From an uncultured Gammaproteobacteria bacterium (GTDB taxonomy: Bacteria; Patescibacteriota; Patescibacteriia; UBA1558; S5-K13): 47,721 nt of DNA. Positions 41,412 to 47,721 of the stretch are shown here, piece after piece. Where the stretch lies: positions 266 to 47,986 of the forward strand of contig CAZWKI010000002.1 in NCBI GenBank assembly GCA_964634645.1, given 5' to 3'. A model generated the notes under the pieces. That model had not been told where the DNA came from. It worked only from the letters and a program-made list of their open reading frames with translations, and made no database searches. Position 1 is the stretch's first letter. Each line of letters starts with the position of its first letter. The position numbers and the translations under genes were made by a program.

Positions 41412-44333
41412 TTACTTTATATTTACTTTGTTCTTTATAAATGTAAAAAATTTTGTTAATTTAGAAAAAAGAGAAGAGAATGTTTTTTCTAAAACAAGAA
41501 ATGTATTATTTTTTTTGGATTGATTAAGCTTGACTGAAGATGTGCTGGATAATTCTTGTATACCAAGAACTTGTTGCTTAACAATGTCATTATTATTTCT
41601 TGGAATTAAAATAAGTTGTTCGTTGTATTTTTCCAAAACACCATAAACAAAAATGCTATCTTCTAAATTAATATTATCTAGATTAATCTTACTATTATAA
41701 ATTTTGATCCTAAAAACAATATCATCTATTTTTAAATCAAAGCTTTTCTTATTTTTTTTCTTTACAACACCAGAAACTCCCAAAACATTTCCTAGCAAAT
41801 CATCATTTACATCATCAATATCTAAAACTTCAATTTCTGATAAACTATATTTTTCCAAAACCAAAACATCTTCTTTATTTTTTATTTTCACTTTATTAAT
41901 GTTTTTTGTGATATAAATATTTCCATAAATTTGAACAATTGATCCATAATCTATTTTTGGAAATTCTTTCGAATAAACATAAACACAATTTTCATAATTT
42001 GTACTTTTTGAAAATATATCAAAATCGCAAACAAGAATCATATTTTTATAAAGCTCATCTTGTAGTGCTGTGACAATTCCTGTTACAAAAACTGTTTGAT
42101 TTTTATCAGCACTTTTTATTAAAGATATGTCTGTAACCTGTGCTTCGTCCAATTCTTTTTGTAGTTTATCCTCTAAATTTTCTTCATAAGTATTTTCTTC
42201 TCCGGGACTTATTTCATTTGTCCAAAAATAATTCTTATTACTTGTCTCATATGAATAAGACTTATCTTCAAAACTTTTGTCATAAAATATTTTCCATATC
42301 AAATTTCCCGCGCAATCAAATAATTTAACCTCTTCATTTGAATTATTAAGAGAAATTTTTGAAATATTTTTTTCTATTACTAAATATTCCCCTGTTTTTA
42401 AAACACCGCCCAATTTATAAAAAGTTTTGCTTGTATCATTCAGTTTCCAATTTGTAATATCAATATCGCTGGAATTTGGATTGTATATTTCTATAAACTC
42501 CCCGTCATCTTTGCCTTTTGGATTTGGAAAAATCTCTGAAATAATAATTTTGCCCTCTGTGCTAGTTGAAAAACAATAATCCCCTGATTCTGAACTAGTA
42601 CTTGCTGTATCTTTTTTGATTTCAATGCTTTTTATTTCTTCATCTTCTAGACCTTCTGTATTTATTACAACGAGCTTGATTTGTTTTGTTTCTGCTTTAT
42701 TGAAAGTTGAGCTAAATTCTTCAGTTCTTGCTTTTAGAGAATTTCCTATATACCATTTGTATTCAAGATCATATCCGTTTGAATCATATGAATTTGAAGC
42801 AGAAAATAATATTTCTTTATTTACAATCAAATCCCCACTTATATCAATTATTGCTTCTGGTTTTAAAATAATTTCTCTAATATTTTCTGTGCTTGGTGTT
42901 ATTGTTTTTGTCCATTGCCAAGAATTTTCAAATCTTGCGAAAGATTGTGACTCTGGGGCATTTAGATAAAAAGTTTCATCAACTTTATTTCCAGAGCCAT
43001 CAAATAAAAATATTTTTTCACTTGAGTTGTTTAAGGTTATTTTTGAAATAGAGTATTCAACTGTTATAAATTGATCTTCTAATAAAATTAAACTATCAAA
43101 ATTATTTTTTGAAAAAATATATTTTTTGCCAGACTCGTCTTGCAAATACCAATTTTCCAAATTTACACTCATATCCCCTATATTTTTTATTTCAATCCAT
43201 TCTGAATCATCAGATCCTTTTGGATTTGGAAAAATTTCATTCAATACTACTTTTGTGTTATTTGTAATATTTATATTTTTGCTCCAGGTAGAATTATCTA
43301 TTCCATCTCCAACAATTAATTGTACATTGTAATTTCCAATATCAGAATAAACATGGTTCACATTACAATCTGTGGAGCTTGTGTTGTCAGCGAAATCCCA
43401 ATAAAAGTTTAGGCCATCATCTTCTGCATCGCTAGAACTACAAGCATTGAAATTTATAATATCATTTATATTATAAAAATCTTCTACCAAATCAACGTGG
43501 ACGTTTGGAACTGTATTGTAATCTCTTCTTACAACTTCCACAATAAGTGAATCTGTGCTTGATGAAGCTCCATCTGAAACAACAAGATAAACATTGTATA
43601 TTCCTTCTTCATAAAATTCATAAAAGAATGTTTTTTCTGTAGAAATAAGTTCATTTTCTATAAACCAAGAAAAATTCAAAAAATCTCCATCTAAATCACT
43701 GGATAAACTTGCATCAAAAACAATGCTATTTCCTAAAAAAATATTTACATCACTTCCTGCAACGGCTGTTGGTGGATTATTTGGCAAAGGTGTACTTGGA
43801 ACTTCTCCTGGAGTTCCTCCATTTACATAAGACTCTCTCCATGTATTTTCTTCAACGCTAAAATCTTCTCTTTCTATACTTTTGTCGTTGTCGTTTCCAC
43901 CAAGCGTAGAATTATAAGATTGCTCTGTGATTAAATTTGTTCCTTGTAAAAATTTTAATATGCCCGAAGTATTGTTAAGACTGAAAGATGATTCAAATAA
44001 TTGTTTATTGTAATCTGGGTATTTGTTTAAAAAATTATTTTTATTTGAACTTATTACAAAAAAAGTTTCTGCTAATATTTCTCCAGAATTTCCAGAAAAA
44101 TTTATCAAATGATTACTACCATCATTGAATCTCCATGTGGAGTCTATAATTATGCTCGAAGTAGAATTGTTAAAAATTTCAAACCACTCATTTCCTGTGT
44201 CAGTTCCTTGAGGATTATACATTATCTCAGAAAAAATTAATCCTTGCGCTTTGCTCTTATTTATAAAAATTAAAAATATTAAAAAAACAGAAATCAAAAA
44301 AATAAAATAAACCTTATAAATCGCTTTTTTCAT
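41412..44333 (-). CDS. secreted multidomain protein: three lamin-tail domains, PKD-like repeats and a C-terminal OB-fold-like region
   Basis: Signal peptide. (I/L)SEI(M/F)(Y/P)NP.G.D..(E)(W/F)IEI.N appears three times. PKD-like PPTAVAG...FDAS.S.D.DGD. Confidence 0.8.
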   Translation of the reverse strand: MKKAIYKVYFIFLISVFLIFLIFINKSKAQGLIFSEIMYNPQGTDTGNEWFEIFNNSTSSIIIDSTWRFNDGSNHLINFSGNSGEILAETFFVISSNKNNFLNKYPDYNKQLFESSFSLNNTSGILKFLQGTNLITEQSYNSTLGGNDNDKSIEREDFSVEENTWRESYVNGGTPGEVPSTPLPNNPPTAVAGSDVNIFLGNSIVFDASLSSDLDGDFLNFSWFIENELISTEKTFFYEFYEEGIYNVYLVVSDGASSSTDSLIVEVVRRDYNTVPNVHVDLVEDFYNINDIINFNACSSSDAEDDGLNFYWDFADNTSSTDCNVNHVYSDIGNYNVQLIVGDGIDNSTWSKNINITNNTKVVLNEIFPNPKGSDDSEWIEIKNIGDMSVNLENWYLQDESGKKYIFSKNNFDSLILLEDQFITVEYSISKITLNNSSEKIFLFDGSGNKVDETFYLNAPESQSFARFENSWQWTKTITPSTENIREIILKPEAIIDISGDLIVNKEILFSASNSYDSNGYDLEYKWYIGNSLKARTEEFSSTFNKAETKQIKLVVINTEGLEDEEIKSIEIKKDTASTSSESGDYCFSTSTEGKIIISEIFPNPKGKDDGEFIEIYNPNSSDIDITNWKLNDTSKTFYKLGGVLKTGEYLVIEKNISKISLNNSNEEVKLFDCAGNLIWKIFYDKSFEDKSYSYETSNKNYFWTNEISPGEENTYEENLEDKLQKELDEAQVTDISLIKSADKNQTVFVTGIVTALQDELYKNMILVCDFDIFSKSTNYENCVYVYSKEFPKIDYGSIVQIYGNIYITKNINKVKIKNKEDVLVLEKYSLSEIEVLDIDDVNDDLLGNVLGVSGVVKKKNKKSFDLKIDDIVFRIKIYNSKINLDNINLEDSIFVYGVLEKYNEQLILIPRNNNDIVKQQVLGIQELSSTSSVKLNQSKKNNTFLVLEKTFSSLFSKLTKFFTFIKNKVNIK

Positions 44334-44436
44334 ATTTTTTTATTTAATTCTAAATTAAATGTTTATTTTTTAAGTGGGGCGTTTTTCTCCTCATGGGTCG
44401 CGTATGATTTAAAAAATGCCCCAAATAAAAACAGCT

Positions 44437-44823
44437 CTAGTCTTCTACTACAATTTCTTCTACTGCTACTTCTTTCATACTTTCTTCTGCCTTCTTTCCA
44501 CCAAGCATTACAAGGCTTGAAACAATAATATCTGTTTTATAATGTAACTGCTTACTTTTATCTTCCCATTTTTTTGTTCTAATTCTTCCTTCAATGTAAA
44601 CTCTGTCTCCTTTTTTTAAATATTTTGTTACAACAGAAACGAGATGACCACAAAAAAATAAGTTATGAAATTCCGGAATCTTGTTTAATTTTTTTGTCTT
44701 TAGGTCCTTCCAAACATAGTTTGTCGCAATTCCACAGGAGACAATTTCTGTTCCCATCTTTGTTTTCTTACTAATTGGATCATTTGTAAGACGTCCAATC
44801 AAAATCGCTTTGTTTACATCCAT
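44437..44823 (-). CDS. ssb: single-stranded DNA-binding protein
   Basis: VNKAILIGRLT.DP ... GDRVYIEGRIRT..W OB-fold motifs. Acidic tail lacks the canonical D-I-P-F ending. Confidence 0.85.
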   Translation of the reverse strand: MDVNKAILIGRLTNDPISKKTKMGTEIVSCGIATNYVWKDLKTKKLNKIPEFHNLFFCGHLVSVVTKYLKKGDRVYIEGRIRTKKWEDKSKQLHYKTDIIVSSLVMLGGKKAEESMKEVAVEEIVVED

Positions 44824-44912
44824 TTTTTTCTTGTTTAATTATTAAATATAGTCGAAGCGGGCCTCATTTTTATTCTATTGACACAGGAAAATCAATATTA
44901 TAAAATACAAAT

Positions 44913-44988
44913 GAGGCCAATCTCGCTTCAAACGAGACTACGCTTCATAAATCGCTTTTCGCCACGAATCCCGCTTGCGGGATTTTTG
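44913..44988 (+). ncRNA. candidate about 75-nt sRNA
   Basis: TTGACA-N17-TAAAAT promoter (44878-44906). Hairpin TCTCG-CTTCAAA-CGAGA. Terminator ATCCCG-CTTG-CGGGAT followed by TTTTT. Confidence 0.3.
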
Positions 44989-45190
44989 GTTACAATTTAT
45001 TTTTATAACAATTACTTTTTAAAATCAACCAATTAATAAACAACCTTAAAGGCGTCATTTTTAAATGGCGTCATTTTTATAAAATGCTTTTAATAAGTAA
45101 AAAATAATTTATTAGATTTTATAAGACGGCATATTTTGAAACAAAAATAAAAGGGCGCTGAATAATCAGTGCCCCAAAAGTATTAAATAA

Positions 45191-45421
45191 TTAAACAAGC
45201 CCCTCCTTATTCACCATCGCATAACCACGGGGATTTGTTTTTTGCAGCTGAACCATTCTGATGTCAAAAAGCTCAGCGTCAACACTTGGGTCTTCTCTCA
45301 TCCTTTTGATTGTTTCTACACATTCAACCGGTGAAAGAATTGGAAACGGATTGTCAAAAACGTTCGAGCAGCCTTGATTTTGTTCTGATTGAGCTGACTG
45401 AGTTTCGTTTCCTTGTGTCAT
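45191..45421 (-). CDS. hypothetical 76-aa protein
   Basis: AAGGAGGA Shine-Dalgarno sequence. Confidence 0.55.
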   Translation of the reverse strand: MTQGNETQSAQSEQNQGCSNVFDNPFPILSPVECVETIKRMREDPSVDAELFDIRMVQLQKTNPRGYAMVNKEGLV

Positions 45422-45508
45422 TGTTCCTCCTTAATATATTTGACATAAAAAAATATTAACAATCATATTAAGAATTGTCAATACACCTATGTTAATAACT
45501 AACAGCTA

Positions 45509-45919
45509 TTAAAATTTTGATATTTCAAAATTTACAATATTTACACCACCAGAATAATCTACCTCAAATTTTATCTTTGCTTTAAAAGCAATATGACCAT
45601 CTTCATAATCAACTATCAAATTATTATTATCTACAAACTGAATATCTGTAATATAAAATTTTCCACCAAGAACTTCTTTCTCTGGCGATAGTTGTGAAAT
45701 ATTATCTTTTAAATAATCTCTTATTGTTTCTTTGTCGTTTTCTGTAAGAATTTTTGAAACTGGAATGTTATTTTGTTCTAAATCGTTAATGGTTTGGCTT
45801 GTATTTTTTGATGTAAAAAAATAATTTAATAAAACCTGTATTAAAATTAATATAGTTGCTAACAATAAAATTTTGATTATTGTTTCTAGTATTTTACTTT
45901 GTAATTTTTTTTCTTCCAT
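45509..45919 (-). CDS. hypothetical membrane-anchored protein
   Basis: N-terminal TM segment. Confidence 0.55.
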   Translation of the reverse strand: MEEKKLQSKILETIIKILLLATILILIQVLLNYFFTSKNTSQTINDLEQNNIPVSKILTENDKETIRDYLKDNISQLSPEKEVLGGKFYITDIQFVDNNNLIVDYEDGHIAFKAKIKFEVDYSGGVNIVNFEISKF

Positions 45920-46012
45920 ATATTTATAATTTATTTAAAATGTTATAATAAATTTATACTATTAATTATATCATCAAGAACTAAATAACAAAACTACTAA
46001 TAAGCTAACAAT

Positions 46013-46279
46013 ATGGAAAAACAACATTTAGCAACCATTACAATACTTGTCACCAACAGGCAAGTAAATTCTGAAAAGGTGAACAGACTCTTATCAGAAA
46101 ATGGGCATCTAATAATTACAAGACTAGGATTAAACGTAGAGCCTCGATGCGTTTCAAATTGTACGGGACTTATTACAATAATAACAAAAGGAAGTTTGAA
46201 GCAAATAAATGACCTTACAAAAAAACTAAACATTCTCTATGGAATTGTTGCAAAAAATACAATCATAACAAAAAAGTAA
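46013..46279 (+). CDS. TM1266-like ACT-type small regulator (the family annotated as iron-only hydrogenase system regulator)
   Basis: ILV.NR..NSEKVN.LLSE.GHLIITRLG... pattern. Terminator follows. Confidence 0.5.
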   Translation: MEKQHLATITILVTNRQVNSEKVNRLLSENGHLIITRLGLNVEPRCVSNCTGLITIITKGSLKQINDLTKKLNILYGIVAKNTIITKK

Positions 46280-46406
46280 TAAGTATAAAAAATAGAGCGC
46301 GTTTGTATAGCTCTATTTTTTATTATACGAGATATTTAAATTATGGATTGACAAAAATTGCTTAATGGGCTAAATTTGTATGAAAATTAAAAAATAGGAG
46401 GAAATA

Positions 46407-47129
46407 ATGATAAAAAAAATGATAAAAAAATTGTCTTCATGGCTATCTGTGCTTTGGACAGATCTACCAGGAGTGCTTTCAGAAAAGAACATAGCCATAC
46501 TAGACTCTTTTATGAACAATGGTGAACATCTAAAACCAGTATCAAAAAGAAGTCCTGATTTTAATACATTACTCGAAAGAATTTGGGAAAACGGTGCGAT
46601 ACAAGATGCTGTAAAAAAAATACTCACGATGCTCTTACCACTATTAAACCCCAAAAATAATTTCGGGACGGACTTATTTAATGTTATGTCTCCTTACTGG
46701 TGGACACCAGCAATAGAGGGCGTTGCTATCAGAAAACACCCAAAAACAAAAAAGCTCCAGGTGTTTCTTGCGCGCCGTGCTGCTGATGAATCAGCATATC
46801 CAAATAAGTTGCACTGTCCTGGGACAGGATTACGATCTGCAGATGCTTTTAAACTAGCGCCTGAAACTCAATTCGACAGATTAAGGAAAATCGAGGGCTT
46901 TAATGCTAGTGACTACAAATTTATTGGATTAAAATACACGCCAGAAGAAGAAAGGGGGCCATACGTATCTCTTGTATATCTCGTTGATCCTAGTGGATTA
47001 CAAGAAATTGCTGAATCAAGGTGGTATGACTGGGAAACAATAAAAAATGATCCCACGTTAGTGTGTCATCACAGAGATTCAATTATTCCAATGGCAATAG
47101 AAGTATTTCTAAAAGAAGAAAAAATATAA
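46407..47129 (+). CDS. hypothetical protein (possibly a degenerate Nudix-like fold)
   Basis: TAGGAGGA Shine-Dalgarno sequence. No intact Nudix box. Confidence 0.6.
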   Translation: MIKKMIKKLSSWLSVLWTDLPGVLSEKNIAILDSFMNNGEHLKPVSKRSPDFNTLLERIWENGAIQDAVKKILTMLLPLLNPKNNFGTDLFNVMSPYWWTPAIEGVAIRKHPKTKKLQVFLARRAADESAYPNKLHCPGTGLRSADAFKLAPETQFDRLRKIEGFNASDYKFIGLKYTPEEERGPYVSLVYLVDPSGLQEIAESRWYDWETIKNDPTLVCHHRDSIIPMAIEVFLKEEKI

Positions 47130-47176
47130 ATAATAAACCAGCTAGTTAATTAGCTGGTTTTTATAATCAATAAGAA

Positions 47177-47692
47177 CTATTTATTGTTTTTCTTTTTTCT
47201 TTTGGGCGGTTCTGCCGGCTCTGGATTTTTCTTCACTGAAACCAAATGGCTTTTTTGATAAATACTATGCTTTGTTTTTGATACATTTCCATTCTGATCA
47301 TAAAAAATACCAGAAATCCCATTATCAAAAAAATATAGTGCTTGACCTTGGCTTGTTGCTTTAATTCTTGCAACTATTTTTTCACCTTCCCTACCAAGGT
47401 TAACAAAAAGAATATACCAAAACCACTCTGCATTTTCATTTTTTTCATTATTTACAATAGACCCATAATCGTCTTCTAACATAAATTTCTCGTTTTGCTT
47501 TGCCTGTTTTTCACTAATAGGAATGTATTCCTCCTTTGTAGAATCAAAATCGATTTCCTCTGAAAAATCCTCTACTGCTGTGCTACCTATTGCCTTGTTT
47601 TGTTCTTCTTTTTCAAAGATATCTCTTTGGTCATCATCTTTTTTCACTTTTCCTCCTTGTAATTCTGTTGGATTTTCGTTAAAATTACTCAT
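47177..47692 (-). CDS. hypothetical protein with an acidic N-terminal half
   Basis: 171-aa ORF. Confidence 0.55.
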   Translation of the reverse strand: MSNFNENPTELQGGKVKKDDDQRDIFEKEEQNKAIGSTAVEDFSEEIDFDSTKEEYIPISEKQAKQNEKFMLEDDYGSIVNNEKNENAEWFWYILFVNLGREGEKIVARIKATSQGQALYFFDNGISGIFYDQNGNVSKTKHSIYQKSHLVSVKKNPEPAEPPKRKKKNNK

Positions 47693-47721
47693 AACTATAT
47701 ATTAAAATTATTAAATTGTAA

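Noticed and set aside
46370-46654. 94-aa minus-strand ORF
   Set aside because: It overlaps the start of the 240-aa plus-strand ORF, which has a strong TAGGAGGA ribosome-binding site.

Overview
This is an AT-rich bacterial chromosome segment. Gene content and style look like Patescibacteria/CPR: small housekeeping genes, a type IV pilus cluster, and many short hypothetical proteins. That taxonomic call is inference.

Layout:
- The window opens in the last ~22 nt of a 16S rRNA gene. A tRNA array follows instead of a 23S gene: Ile, Phe, Pro, then a 2.3-kb insert, then a second Pro.
- 4-15 kb holds housekeeping genes: HU, DksA-like, lspA, yraN, nusA, bactofilin, and rpmH-rnpA-yidD-yidC.
- 15.2-25.1 kb is a minus-strand type IV pilus operon: pilB, pilC, three pseudopilin-like genes, pilM, pilN, pilO.
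- After that come an EndoQ-like PHP nuclease, a DUF1015 gene, more tRNA loci, rplS, pilT, a 1-kb non-coding region with DnaA boxes, alaE with a TrpR-like regulator, a NUDT9-like Nudix gene, a 973-aa lamin-tail/PKD surface protein, and ssb.

Most unusual signal: the tRNA genes are surrounded by, or nested inside, fragments of themselves.
- tRNA-Ile(GAU) and tRNA-Arg(UCU) are each split between anticodon positions 35 and 36. In both cases the insert carries a second complete copy of the same tRNA.
- tRNA-Pro, Val, Ala and Arg(CCU) each have a neighbouring partial copy. In each copy a D-loop or T-loop is interrupted by a GC-rich hairpin of the form TCCCGCC...GGCGGGA.
- Two single-domain GIY-YIG nuclease genes sit inside the Val/Ala scars.
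- A related 17-21-nt palindrome (ACCT..CCGG..AGGCAGG) occurs three times, flanked by 6-nt direct repeats.

I read this as an undescribed family of tRNA-gene-targeting mini mobile elements, or an unusual kind of intron. That reading is inference and needs computation and RNA data.

No CRISPR array, integrase or transposase gene was seen.
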